Shown here: positions 41,797 through 63,227 of the stretch, in pieces | Layout: each line of letters opens with the position of its first letter | Numbering within the stretch: position 1 is the first letter of the stretch | NCBI RefSeq assembly: GCF_009914755.1 | Contig: NC_060928.1 | Length of the DNA stretch: 64,000 nucleotides | Direction: 5' to 3' (one strand) | Source of the DNA: the human T2T-CHM13v2.0 reference genome, Homo sapiens | The notes under the pieces: model-generated | What the model was told of the DNA's origin: nothing | The model's input: the letters and a program-made list of their open reading frames with translations, nothing else | Databases searched by the model: none | Program-made: the position numbers and the translations under genes

Positions 41797-42070
41797 CATA
41801 CATTTAATTCTTAAAAACTATAATAAAATAAACAAGACTATATACGTGGCTAAATAATGGAGGTAAGTTGTCTATTGTCTTTTTAAAAAATTTTACCAAG
41901 AATAAAAAAAATATGATGTTGCAAAAGCTGTTCAGTCACAGTAGCAGTTCATATTGGAATGCTTGGGCCAGGCACTAAAATCACTTCACAGAGCATGCTC
42001 CAAGTAAATCAAGCAAATAGGAAAATATGTATTTACAGCTTTCTGTGAACATTCAAAAGTTACTTGCTTC

Positions 42071-42534
42071 AGCTGGGCGTGGTGGCTCACACCTGTAATC
42101 CCAGCACTTTGGGAGGCCCAAGTGGGTGGATCACCTGAGGTCAGCAGTTCAAGACCAGTTGGGCCAACAAGTGAAACCCCGTCTCTACTAAAAATATAAA
42201 AAATTAGCTGGACGTGTTGGCGCGCACCTGTAGCCCCGGCTACTCGGGGAGCTGAGACAGAAGAATTGCTTGAACCCAGTAGGCAGAGGTTGCAGTGATC
42301 CGAGATCGCACCACTGCAGAAGGTAATGGGGGCGGGTCATGGTAGCTTATGCCTGCAATCCCAGTGCTATGGGAGGCGGAGGCTGGAGAGTCGCTTGAGC
42401 CCAGGAATATGGGCTGCAGTGAGCTATGATTACACCACTGCACTCCAGCCTGGGCTACAGAGGTGAGACTCTGTCTCAAAATAAATAAATAAATAAATGA
42501 ATGAATGAATAAATAAATAAATAAATAAATAAAT
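42071..42534 (+). mobile_element. Composite AluS with an internal ~125-bp extra monomer segment and (TAAA)n tail
   Basis: One TSD aaa(g/a)ttacttgcttc (42056-70 / 42535-49) brackets the whole 464-bp unit. Confidence 0.9.
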
Positions 42535-43235
42535 AAAATTACTTGCTTCAAAGGCATGTATGGGTGCTTTCTTTCCTAGGCTCCTATTGCCCCTGTATCC
42601 CACATGGGTTAATTGTTTCAATAGGGAAGGATTTGTGAGCAGGAAACCCAACGTTCTCTGTATCTTCAGGGCCCAGTCATATATGTTGGCATACAGCAGA
42701 TACTCATCTACATTACTACCAAAAAATGATGGAATGATTAAGTTGCTGTGAAATTTTTTTCTTAACTTTTAGGTCTCTTGACATTTCCCAGTGAGATATA
42801 GAAAAAAAATATTAATTTCAGTAGTTAGAAACACAATCCTTTCCCAGTTCTTAGATGTGAACTGCCTGCCCTTTGATTTTTAGACACGCCCTTGGGCTCT
42901 CTGGCTGCCTCTTTTTCTTCTGCACTGTGTATTCTTTGTGCTTTCTCCATTGCTCTGATGCTTAGGAGCTGGCTTTCCTGCATGACCCCATCCATTTATT
43001 TTCTTATGGAAATACTAGAGTTCATATGGTTATTTCTTCATTAGCATAGTTGAATGCTAATTGCATTTGAATAACTTTTTTCATTTTCGTATCTTTTCTT
43101 TTTTGCCTTAAATCAAATGTGGATCCTTGCTTTTTTAGAAAGGAAGAGAGAAGACTTCAGAGGATTAGTGACAATAAATTGTTTTAACAGAGATATAATT
43201 TGATCTAAAAAAGGATGAGACATTTCCATTATGAT

Positions 43236-43410
43236 TTGTTGTTGTTGTTGTTTGCTCTTTAAGAGACAGAGTTTCTCTCTGTTGCTCAGGCTGGAGTGCA
43301 GTGGCGCAATCATAGCTCACTGCAGCTCAAATTCCTGGGTTCAAGCGATCCTCCAGCCTCAGCCTCCCATAGCACTGGGATTGCAGGCATAAGCTACCAT
43401 GACCCGCCCC
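43236..43410 (-). mobile_element. Free Alu monomer (FAM/FRAM-like)
   Basis: Single antisense arm with (TTG)n tail; possible diverged TSD ccattatgattt / ccgttatctttt. Confidence 0.85.
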
Positions 43411-43659
43411 CGTTATCTTTTGAGCTGGAAAGTTAAAATCATAGGAATGAGGATTAAAGCAAGTAAATCAAATGAGAGATAATAAATAAAGAAGAATAGT
43501 TAATCCTTAATGATGTATTAGACGATTATCCAGGTAAATGCACTTTGTTTCCTTTAATTCTGTTTCTGGCCAGTTTACAAATTAAAAACAAGTAAGTTAA
43601 ATCAACATTCACAAGTTAAACATTATTGTAACCTCCATCACTGATAACGCAAGTAATAG

Positions 43660-43880
43660 AAATTGCTACCGTTTATTCGTTAAATATAATGTGTTAATCT
43701 CTGTACTATGCACTTAAGCTGCATTAGCACACATTCAATCTTCCCAGCGATGCTATGAGTTAGACATAATCCCTGTTTTATAGATGCGAAAACTGAGATT
43801 TATAGAGGCTGAGATCATATGGCTACCTAGGGACAAAGCCGTGTGACTCCAAAATCCGTGCTTGTAAACATTATACTCTT
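43660..43880 (-). mobile_element. MIR
   Basis: atccctgttttatagatgcgaaaactgaga...gtgtgactccaaaatccgtgct. Confidence 0.7.
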
Positions 43881-44149
43881 CTATGTATTTAATAACTACT
43901 ACTCCACCACTCTGTAAAGGACCCAACTATTTGGGGAACAGGTTTTAAACAGTTATTAAAGCTATGTTTGAAATCATATCCTGATTTTATTTGTTGATTG
44001 TATTATTGATATGTTTTCACTTGTAAGATTAGGCTTATGTTAATCCCAACTAATCGTAACAAACCATAACGCAACCACGGCCACAAATGTCCAGATGGCA
44101 ATCAACTCTGGCCAACCTACCATATTTCTGTAGTTTGCTTCCCTCTCCA

Positions 44150-45900
44150 AAATGACAATTTTATTTATACTCTGTTCTCTTCTCTTTTTGTCCACCTTCT
44201 TGTCATATCAAATCCTCTGACTCAGCTGATAATGTAGCCTCATTTTCTTTCAGAAAATACGTACCATTGCAACTTTCTCACCTTCCCATTGTGAGCCCTA
44301 TCTCCCTTCCTGCACCTGAATCAAAAGGATAAAATGATTCGCCCTTATCAAGGACACCCCTTCCATTTGTTTTCTGGATCCCAAGAACCCTTCAACGATT
44401 TTCCTCCTTTCTTTGTCCCATTTCTCTCCTGCATCACCTTCCTTTTTACTGGATCTTTTTACTGAAAGTGTCTTCCTTTTTACTGAATTGTTCTTACTAG
44501 TGTATGGACAGGCTTGCACTTTCCCTCTTAAAAGAAACAGCTCTCTCTGTAGTCCTCATTTACCTTCAGCTATGGACCTTCAAATTGTCCTCTTCACTGC
44601 AAAACTTGTTGAATTTTCTGTAGCAACGGACTCTATTTTGTCACTACCCATTTTCTTCTCAACCCACGCCCATCAGACTTGTGTTCCCACCAATTCACTG
44701 AGACTGTACTTGACAGCATGACCAATGAAGTCCATTCCCCAAATCCAGTCATCACACCCTCTGACACTGTTGTGCTGAGCCCCTATGAACCTTAATATGG
44801 AAGGCACTGGGTTCAAGAGGCCAAAGAAGAGACCACAGGCCAGCAAATGAGATGTGGGGTTTTTGGGGGGCTTACATGCAGTGGAGAAAGTGCAGTGGTG
44901 GCAGACTAGACAGGAGAAGCACTTTACATACAAAACGGTCCAGTGGCAGCAGGCTGCACAACATATCTGCCTTCCTACAGTCTAGTGGCTGTGAGCTAGG
45001 CAGGAAAACTGCAACCACTCACAAACTGCATTTTCACTTAACACCCTGCCTTTAATGACCGCCATCCAGCCACTTTCATTTAACCCATAACTGAGGTCCT
45101 CAATCCCCTGTATGCCCCATGTTTCACAGGACGGGATGGAGGCTCAGATGTTTCTCACAGATAAGAAATGAATCTCCCGGTTGGCCATGCCTGGATTCCC
45201 TAGCTCAGAACACACATTAAGGTGCATCTGCCCTATGAGTCATTCTAAGGGTGTGCTTAAGCTATTGCCATCAGGTGTGTTTACCCTGCAGACACTGACT
45301 TGTCAATGGCATTTGGCTACTTCTTTTTGAAGAATTTTCTTCTCTTAGCTCCCAAGACATCATCATCTCTTGTTTTTTTCCGGCCTGATTGTCACTCATT
45401 CCCTTTCTCTTTTGCCTTCTTCATTTGATCTTTAGATGTTGAGCTGCCTGTGGGCTTTTCCATTTATACACCTGTTAGTCAACTTCATGGCTTTGAATAT
45501 GCCCAATACTGAAATAACTCCCAAATAGCTCTAGCCCAACTTTGCTCCAGAATCCACTCACCTACTTAACGTGTCATTTAGATGTCTAATAAATATCTCA
45601 AACTCCCATTTTTTTCTTCCCGTTCTTTCTCTGGTCTCATCCAGTATACAGAACTACAATCTTTCAAATTACTTACGTATACTTAATTCATCTCATTTCT
45701 TCATTCTCCATATCCAGTACACCCATCACAGTATTTTTGTTTTTCTGTCTAATACTCTCAATCATTACCACTATCACCTTAGACCAAGAAGCTTGAATTA
45801 CTGCTGTGGTTCCCTCACTGGTCTACTGTTTTCAATAGTATCTTTTCTATCAGTGACATCTTGCATTCACCTGTTTACCTAATTCCTCAATACAATCAGA
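44150..45900 (+). mobile_element. L2 relic interrupted by LTR47
   Basis: Pyrimidine-rich L2 motifs (ccatttgttttctggatccca, ttcactgcaaaacttgttgaa, atgtctaataaatatctcaaact). Confidence 0.6.
44768..45290 (-). mobile_element. Solo LTR (LTR47-like)
   Basis: rc begins tgcagggtaaacacacctgatggcaatagcttaagcacacccttagaatga; TG...CA ends; perfect 5-bp TSD gacac. Confidence 0.82.
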
Positions 45901-48857
45901 GAATTTTTTTTTAAGTTACAGGAACATAGGGGCTCTTAAACATAAACATAATTTTTTAGTCCATGAAAGATTCAGGTAAGGATACCTTTGTAGATGTCTC
46001 ATGATTAATTCAGCTAATTTGAAAACTTCCCAAAGAAACTAAGATATCAAAGAGCACAGAGAAAAAGTGCTCGCATTTTTTATTCCTGGAGAAATAGACT
46101 TAGGTTTCACATATTTTACATAGAAATGACATTTTATCATGACTTATTTGCTGTGAAAAATTGAGAAAAAAGCTTATGCTAGTGGGTGCTTACCTTAAGG
46201 CCAAGAATATAGTTCATGCACTATAATGAATCTTGGTGTATCACCATGATGGTGAATAAACAAAAGGCAAGTCACCACTTCTACCATTGCAATGCTCCTC
46301 CTATTTTACTTGGCTCTTACAGAAACATCAGTCAAAATATGCCTGCCTATTTTGTTTTCACTGTCTGACCATCATTGCAAACAATTACAACCAGACTCTT
46401 ATTATTACTTATAAAAAACAATTTTCATAAAAAAATATATTATTTTAGCTTGTAGGTAAGGAAAGTTGCTTGGCTCAGGGGCTAACCAGGAGGGGGATTT
46501 GAGGCCACACCTTCTACCTAGTTGTGTGTCTTTGTTAGTTAATGCTCTATTTTACTTACTGCTATGACTTCTGATTGATATCAAATCGATGACCTTTAAA
46601 TCATAAAAAAGCATTAAACTGAGAAAAAAAATTGTATGAGAGAACTGGATTCCAAGCATATTAAGAAACAGAAGTGATAGTAGTTAATTTGATTATGGTA
46701 TGAAAATTAGGTAATAGAGATTTTGAATATGACCACTGGCCACATCTTTACTCCCTCACTCACAGGTTTGTGGGTCTATCAAAGTCTTAAGAAGTCTTCT
46801 ATTAGTGTCTCCTCCGTAGTACACACACATAAGGTTTTCTAGATGTGCTTATTTGTGCATTCTGAGGTCTACTACTCCTTCAATTGCTCATTTCTTTGAT
46901 TCATTCTTTTTCCTGACTCTTCATTTTTCTCAGACCCTAGACACTGCTAAATGAATGTCTTTGAATTTACTCCCATATAATGCCTCTAATTTACTCTGTT
47001 TAAAGGACCAGAATAAAGGAAATAGAGAAGACGGAGATTTTACATTGTGAACTATCAATTGACTGCATCTTTAAAATGTATACTGAAAAGCATTTGCAAG
47101 TTTCTATTTGATTTACTAAAATTGAGTTACGGTTACAATTCCCTAGCAACATGTCTGTTAAGTGGGTAAGACCTGCATTGCTGTTTCTTAGTAAACCAGC
47201 TAACTGGAAGGCAAATTTTTATCAAGTAATGTGCAGTACTCATACTAACAAAACAGTTATCCTAAAGCTGTGCTGAAAATGATAGGTATTTGATATATTA
47301 AAGGATATCTGCAATATTTACAGTGATTTTTTGATTCTTTATATAAATTATTTACTATACAGGTCTCACTAAAAATTAATTACTAGCTTTTTGCTGAGGA
47401 TGGTGCTTTCTATATATGCCTTTTGGGTTATTTCTCACCATTAGAGTATAGGCTGGCTATGTGTTAAGTTACTTTTAAAAAATAACTTGGATATTTTGGT
47501 TTCAAACTCTTACATGCTGATTAGGAAGGCCTGGCTTGTTTACAGCTCTTCTTTTTAACAGGCAAATAATAATTCATGTTATTAGTGGTCGGTTTAGACA
47601 TTTTTTTGCCTTTCAGAATTTGAGAAATTTCTAAGGGCTAAAGCAACACATTCATTCGCATACTACAGTGAGGTTTTTGTGTTAAATTTGCAGTTAGGCA
47701 GCTGGTACATGGGGCAATGAAAGACAATTTCAATGATTCCTAGAATTTAAGTGTTCTAGAAAACACTTGTGTTATAAAACAATGAATATGAGAGCTTTCT
47801 CTGTCTCCAGCCAAGGTAGAAGTGGAGAGGTTGTGGGTGGGAAAAATTATTTGATTTTCATCATATTTGGGGGAAAACTAGAAATTCCTGTGGTCCTTTG
47901 AGACAATCATGTATGCAGACACTTGAACCCCTCTTTATGTTATCTGCCATCAAATTTCTCATAATATTATTGACTATTCTATTTCTGTGGTTAAAAAAAC
48001 ACCTCTTTCCTGTTCTTTAAGTCAGTTATTGAGATGGCATTGTGTTTTGTTGCAAGCAATGGTTCCCAAATATGATATCCCTGAGAGATGATATCAGAAA
48101 TTATATATCTATTGAAGCAGTGAGATGGAAAAGAAAGAAATTATAGAGACACTTAATATATGTATTCTCCCTCCCTCATGTGCATTTGTGTGCATGTGTG
48201 TGTGTGTTCCTGGTCTTACCCTATTTCCCAGGTGATTCTTCCACAGAGCACTGTGTAGGAATCCTAATTAATAGCACATTATAACCTCCCTCATAGGACC
48301 CTTACAGAAAGATGAGGGAAGCCCTGAAGTTACCTGATGGGTCAGATAGCCAAACAGTACAGATTTTAATATGTGTTGTAAAGAGACAGAAACTTTTATC
48401 TTTGTGTAAGAAGATCTTTCTTTAGGTTATTTCTCTCTTGTGGATCTTTTCTTTTTTACGGTCTTTCCCTATGGGATTGGCGTATTAAAACGGGACCAGG
48501 TGTTCTCCAGCTTGTAAGCAGACACTAAAATAAGACCAGGGCTCAGGAGAATGAAGGCAGGAAGCAGTGTCTAGGTGGGCTTTTCATCTACGGCAAGTCC
48601 TCTACCTGATAATCAGGTAGAAGTGAAAAAAAAGCAGATAGGGTCCTTGTGGCCTTTATGAGGTTCAGGGAGCAGATTCTAGTTAGTAATAAAAGAGTCA
48701 TTTGCCTTTATATCATCTTTGCTGTACATGCCCCTTGAGGAATTAACTAGCATGGCTAACACATGGAAGATAGCATGGTGGAATTGGTGAAGTTAGGATT
48801 CTGTTACCATGTCCTGGGAGACATCATTAACCAACAGTGCTACAGAAAGAAAATGTG

Positions 48858-49244
<387 letters not shown>

Positions 49245-51179
49245 CTAGAAGACCCTTACTTAACCTTGTTGAACTGGCATGTTACGCTAAAAAACAAAAC
49301 AGCAACCAAAAAGTCAAAATTTGCTATAAGGAAACAAGGTTATCAGTATTTAAATGCCTTTCTAAAGTCTTGTGTTCTTGATTCTAACAATCACTATAAA
49401 CTATCAGCTCTTTAATTTCTAAAAGGAGGTTTTGTTTGGGTTCTATATGACTTTCTGTTGGCTATGAGAGCCTCAGTACCATTCACTTCCAAAGCAGGCT
49501 TCAACTACTAAAATGTAACTTACACCACAAAGAGAAAGGAAGCTTTGCAGTTCCTCCTCGGGCAGTAGCATGCCTGCGGATGAGATCGTGGCTCTCACAG
49601 AGGGACATTTCAGCCCAAATTTCAACCTATTTGACTTGACCATTTAAAGGGCTGACCTTTTATAATACAGAAACTTAAACAGATTCCACAACTCTTTTAT
49701 GGCTGCACTGCTCTCTTTCTAACTTGGTTTTTTTATTTTTGTAGGTATGAAAGGCTTTAGATCAGATACTGAGAACCTCATAACAGTAAAAGAAGCTTAA
49801 TTAAAGTCAGTGGAAAATGCACAGTAAGAGAAAATAAAAGCAGCAAGTAACAGAAATCACACGAGCTAGATCTAGAAGCCCATCTGGGATAAACCCAGGA
49901 GGCATAATGCCTTCCAGACCATCTATGAGATTAAGGGAGAGAGAATTAAAAGTTGAATCTAAGTTAAAGAGAAATACCTCCTGATAAATATTGCTAACTC
50001 CAATTTTGCATTCAGAATATCCTAAAAATCTAGACATCCAACAGTGTCAAACCCCTTTTCTTTTTTCATTTATGTTAAACTAGATTTTTGTGATCCTGTG
50101 GCATGTCATGGGGCAGGCCTCCTAGGAAGCCTTTTGTAGGTGGACATGGGTGCTGGGTTTGTGGATGGAAGGATGGTTTGGAGCAGAATCCCCTATGTGG
50201 TATTTACTACACAAGTATGAGTATTTTTGTGAGCAAAGCCAGCAGAATAACTGGGCACTTAGGATATCTTAAGTCTATAGCAGTTGTAAATTTTTTAGGT
50301 CACTGTCTTCTTTTGTGTCTCTAACGGTCTCTGTCCACCTTATTATTCAACTCTTACTTTGCATGATTTGAGCCTTTGATGATGTGACACGGCATGGAAG
50401 ACCAATGCGAATAAAAATAACTAAAGGGATTAGATCCAACAAGATCTTCAACATTTAAAAATGTTTCCTGCAATTTCTAATTAAGTTTGCCATTTGTTGA
50501 TCATGTGTGTTTCAAGATCTAGGTTATAAAAAGAATCAGACATTTTTAAAGTGGCCATTTGGCTGTTCGGAGTTCTGCTAGAAATCCCAACAGATTTCTG
50601 TGCATGTTACATAGTTGCTGTGGGAATGTCATGAGCTTGCTGTCCTTTCAGTAGCATAGCAACAAGTCCAGGCATGACTGTTCCTCAGCAGGTTCAGCAA
50701 AACAGCATGTACACTGCTTTCCTATAAAGCAGGAGAGGCTGAGCCAGAGTGTGACTAAGGCCTGGCCTTGCCCAAGTATGCTGGGGAAAATGTGAATAAC
50801 ATGCAGGGCAACTACGCCCTGCTTTAAAGCATTCCTCTGTTGCTGCCTTAAGATGAGAAGTGTATTTAAGGGTTCTTATTATGATTTATGTCCATATACA
50901 TGAAATATACCTTATGATATTGAGATAAATGTGGCCTCTACATTTCATTTAATTTGAAGGGTTGTGAAAAAATGGCAGTCCCATAAATAATTAAAGATCT
51001 ACTGCAGATGAAGGAGAGCTGCCCATTGGTGTGATCATCTGGATGTTACCGTATTTGCTTAATTTGATTCCTTCCTCTAGACAACAATCTTCTAAAAAAT
51101 CAAAACAAAACAATCTCCTGCAACAAAAACAACAAACAGCTGACATTTAGATATCCTCCCTATTTGCAAAAACTCAACT

Positions 51180-51380
51180 AAGCATTTCTATAGTATACAA
51201 TGCTTACAACTACAGCATCCAATGCTTACAAATCCTATGAGACAATACTATTATCCCCATTTTGCAGATGCAGAAACTGAGGCTCAGAGAAATTGACTAT
51301 TTTATCAAAACCACAGAAAAAGTTAGAGGTGGGATGTGAACACAGGTCTACCGGGATGTAAACCTGTTCTATAAGTGGCA
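51180..51380 (-). mobile_element. MIR
   Basis: tattatccccattttgcagatgcagaaactgaggctcagagaa core. Confidence 0.8.
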
Positions 51381-53272
51381 TTCTCTATTTTCCCAGGAAT
51401 CATGACTTGTCATTGTATACCAAATGCCTAACATAGGGCCGGACACTTTAAGCTTGTAATAAATATCTTTGGACTGATTTGATGAAGCTTAACAAAGATA
51501 TCCAATTAGTCTGTTTATAAGATTATGGAAGACACGAAGTTTCCATCTGTTTCTCCAGGCACTTTAAAATTATATTTGGAATTCTTTTACAGAAATCAGA
51601 ATTTCAGGAACTCAGTTTAAAACTTAAGAGCCCCATAGATCTGGACAGCAGATCTTACGTGGGGACACAGTTCACATGGCCCACATGACAAAGTGGCAAA
51701 TGGGGGAAACAAAGGACATTTTGATGAAGGATTTGAGTGAGATGAGTAAGCAGGGAAAGGAAATGGCTAAATTTGTTGTTGTCTCAGAGGTTAATGGAAA
51801 ATATCCATGCTTTGCTGAGCGTAACTCACTGCATAAAAGATGCAGCAAAGTTGCTTAACAAGGTCACTCAGCTCCTGGAAGATTTTTGATCTATGCTCAA
51901 TCAAATCCTTTCACCTGTGGTGGCAGGTCAGACCTTGCACGCGGAGTCAACCAAATTAGTCACCTGAAATTCAAGTGCCCAGATTGCACTTTCTTAGGAT
52001 TTAGTTTCTTGTCACTGTCACCACCTGGGAATGACACTTCCTAATTGAGTGTATTCAGTAATGCCCAGAGGCTTTTCTGCTGTAAACCCCAGAGGACACC
52101 TATTTATCTTATTTATATTCAGGCTATTTGCTGAAGAAAGGCATTCATGTCAGCAGAAAGAGCCAACTTCGGAAAATAAGGAAGATTCCACCAACATGAC
52201 ATCAGTTATCACTGCATCCTTTTTTTGCATAAACAAAAACCAAACCAAACAAATTTAAAAAACACTGAAAGCATAAATATAGGGTTAAGAGTTACGACAG
52301 TGTTTTTGGTTTCAGCTGCCAATATAGAGCACCAGTGCTTTGGCCCAAGTCCTAGTCACTCAGTTTAATGTTTCTATCCAGAACACATATAAACAAAAAG
52401 AGATGTCAAAAACACCTATGCATAGGGATGCTGGATTCCTTGAGGTCAGCCTCCTGAAGATAATTGAACTTTACTATTTTAATATTATTATAGTAAGCTA
52501 TGTTGACATAACTGCCCGATTCTGTTTGTAAGTGTATTATAGCACGTTGACTACATACTACTGTGCTGTAACAAAAGACTTGTTTTCACAGGATTAAATC
52601 TGGTGACTTCAGGTAGAGCAGCAAAATTCTTCAAAAATTGTTACCACAATCTTGTCTGAAGTATTGAGTTTAATTATTATCTCTCACCTGAACTATTGAG
52701 ATTGATTAACTGATCTTCTCAATTCTTACAACTCCCCACACCAATTATTCCTACTCATTGCTGAGATATAAATCACAACTTTACCCATGAGATTTTCCCT
52801 GCACATATACTTTTTATGCCTCTTTATTGCCTACAGAGTGAAATCTGAAAGTCTTAACCCAACACAATCTTTTAATTATTGATCTGATATATTCAACTAT
52901 TCTGCAGTGGAACAAGCATTTTTTCTGTGTGCAATGTATTTTTTTCTGTTTTTGTCCATGGTTTTACTGTCTACTGAAATTCCTATCTTCCCTATGTGTA
53001 ATTGTGAACTGTCATCTCAAAAGTGATTTTTTTCATGAAGTTTTCTGATTTCCTTAAGGAGGGATATTTTCTTTCCTTTGCATGTCTCATGGTAATTATC
53101 TCTATTTTTCTTTTTTGTCTTTATTTATTCTAACTTTATTATTATTTATAAATTTATATTATCTTCTAATTATGTTGTAAGTAACATAAAGTCAAGGTTA
53201 TATTTTATCTTTGTCTTGCATGTAGAATCTCGTTAAAATTTATTGAATTGAGTTGGACTCTTGCTAATTGGC

Positions 53273-55948
<2,676 letters not shown>

Positions 55949-56831
55949 TAGGCCATTTTAATTTCTTCTAGATTTCCACTTGTTTTATTTTCACCTAGGG
56001 AATACAGGGTGTCATTGCTGATGATTTAGCACTTGCAAATTTCAAGTAGAATTTGAAATACTGATGTCTATTGAATATGATCCATTTCTAATGTTAAAAG
56101 GAAGTGGGTTAAAGCTCATGGGGAAGGGTAATATTTTTGCCTGAAATTCCCTCTACTTTAAATTCTCTTTGTCATCAAAGGAATTAGCCTTCTGCAGCAT
56201 TTAATTACGTGTAGCACTCCAAACTACTTGGCATTGTGCAAAACTAGTTAAACACTGTTTTGTTGAAGATGATAAGTAGAGCTCATTTTCATGTAATTTT
56301 GTATACATTTGGTCTGGGAAGAACTAGAGAATGGAGATTATACCCAGTAGCCTTTTTATATTTAATTGTTTGTTATTTTAATTCTCAGTGTTCTCTTCTG
56401 GCATTTCAAGTACTCCAGAGACTAAACTGACACCCATGAATTACAATGCTTTATAGCTACACTGAAACTTGACTCAAGGATAGTAGCATTTCAAACTGAA
56501 TTGAACAAAAAATTAATCTAGGGGGCTATGATACTTTATTAAGGATACATAGGACAAGTATTTGCTAACTGTTCAATGGGCTCTTCAATTATGTCTAGTT
56601 CTCTCAGGCTGGCATATTTAAAAAAAATTCAGGAACTACAATGAAGTTTCAAGCAGAAACATAAACTGGAATTACTGTAAGTTCAAAATTACTAATCAAA
56701 ATATTATTTTGGCAGTTTAAAAATCACAATTTAAACTTTACATATGAACTCTTAAATATCTAATATGGTCTACTGTCTTACACCTGTAAAGGCTCAACAA
56801 CAACAGACTAATAATTATACCAAATAATTAA

Positions 56832-57140
<309 letters not shown>

Positions 57141-57161
57141 TTATTTTGCCACTTTTGTTAA

Positions 57162-57545
<384 letters not shown>

Positions 57546-57610
57546 TAGTCATACACTAGATAACATTTTTTAGGATGGGAAATTCTCTGAACTGCAACTT
57601 GATAGCAAAT

Positions 57611-57685
57611 ATCTATATTTATCTATCCATCTATATCTATATCTGAATCTATATATCTATATCTAATCTATATCTATATATCTGT
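57611..57685. repeat. (ATCTAT)n-like degenerate simple repeat
   Basis: Repeated atctat/tatatc units. Confidence 0.85.
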
Positions 57686-58339
57686 ATGTTACCACTGAGG
57701 AAAAGGTGTTTATATCTATTCCCGATGATATTAGAACATGTGTATTTGCCAACCCATTGCAGCTTTGAGGTGTTGTCATAACAGGCTTTTTGTAAGTACG
57801 ATACATCTTGCTCTCCATTTCTGTTATGACTTTACTCTTTGTTGGAATATAGTAGCAAAATTAGTGACTTTTAAAATAAACACATACTAAATTGAGAAAA
57901 AAATTTAGAATAATATGTCTTGAGCTGCATGAGAAATGTTTCTAAGACTTCCTGCAGGGATATAGTCCAGTAGCCAAGCTGAGCATCTCAGCACAATGTA
58001 ACAGTCATCTCAGCACCATGCCAGGTACCATAGAGTTGGCATCACTCACTCACAGCCATGTGGTGCTATAGTGTGCAGAAGGTTCAAGATGATGCTGAGC
58101 ATCACTGATGACATTGTTTCTTGATTGTTAACATGAGAAGTGGCTCCTAGGTGAAGAATCAGTGAGTAGAGATTACCAGAGGAGACTATGTTTAAAAAAG
58201 GCAATAGATTACTGACATTGGCAAGGTGCTTTATCTTAGCAAAATCTTAGCAGAAAAATATGAGATGGAGCCAGAAAATTAAAGAGACTGCAAAGTCTGG
58301 AACATCTCTCAATATGCAGACTTTGTAAGCAATGTGCTA

Positions 58340-58967
58340 GAGAAAAAAGTTCAGAGAAAAAAGAATAAAAAGAAAAAAACAAAGCCTCCAAGAAATAGGG
58401 GACTATGTGAAAAGACCAAATCTACATCTGCTTGGTGTACCTGAAAGTGATGGGGAGAATAGAACCAAGTTGGAAAACACTCTGCAGGATATTATCCAGG
58501 AGAACTTCCCCAACCTACCAAGGCAAGCCAACATTCAAATTCAGGAAATACAGAGAATGCCACAAAGATACTCCTCAAGAAGAGCAACTCCAAGACACAT
58601 AATTGTCACATTCACCAAAGTTGAAATGAAGGAAAAAATGTTAAGGGCAGCCAGAGAGAAAGCTCGGGTTACCCACAAAGGGAAGCCCATCAGACTACCA
58701 GCAGATCTCTCGGCAAAAACTCTACAAGCCAGAAGAGGGTGGGGGCCAATATTCAACATTCTTAAAGCAATGAAATTTCAACCCAGAATTTCATATCCAG
58801 CCAAACTAAGCTTCATAAGTGAGGGAGAAATAAAATCCTTTACAGACAAGCAAATGCTGAGAGATTTTGTCACCACCAGGCTTGCCCTAAAAGAGCTCCT
58901 GAAGGAAGCACTAAACATGGAAAGGTACAACCATTACCAGCCACTGCAAAAACATGAGAAATTGTAA
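58340..58967 (+). pseudogene. L1 ORF1 C-terminal half (RRM/CTD)
   Basis: ORF 58407..58967: ENFPNLPRQANIQIQEIQR, RISYPAKLSFISEGEIKSF; N-terminus absent. Confidence 0.95.
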
Positions 58968-59030
58968 ACAACATCAAGGCTAGGAAGAAACTGCATCAAC
59001 TAACGAGCAAAATCACCAGCTAACATCATA

Positions 59031-62845
<3,815 letters not shown>

Positions 62846-63227
62846 ACAATGAGAACACATGGACACAGGAAGGGGAACATCACACACTGGGGACTGTTGT
62901 GGGGTGGGGGGAGGGGGGGATAGCATTAGGAGATATACCTAATGCTAAATGATGAGTTAATGGGTGCCACGCACCAGCATGTCACATGTATACATATGTA
63001 ACAAACCTGCCCGTTGTGCACATGTACCCTAAAACTTAAAGTAAAATAATAATAAAATTTTAAAAAAATAACACAAAATAAAGAGGGGTCTGTTTTAACA
63101 TTGGAGATACCTTAATAAGGAATGGTGAAGCACTCTGCTAATAGTAATCATGGAAAACCATCACCATTATTGGCCCGATGGGGCAAGGGAAGGCAGTATT
63201 TATTAGGATCCTGGGAGAGCTTTGTTT

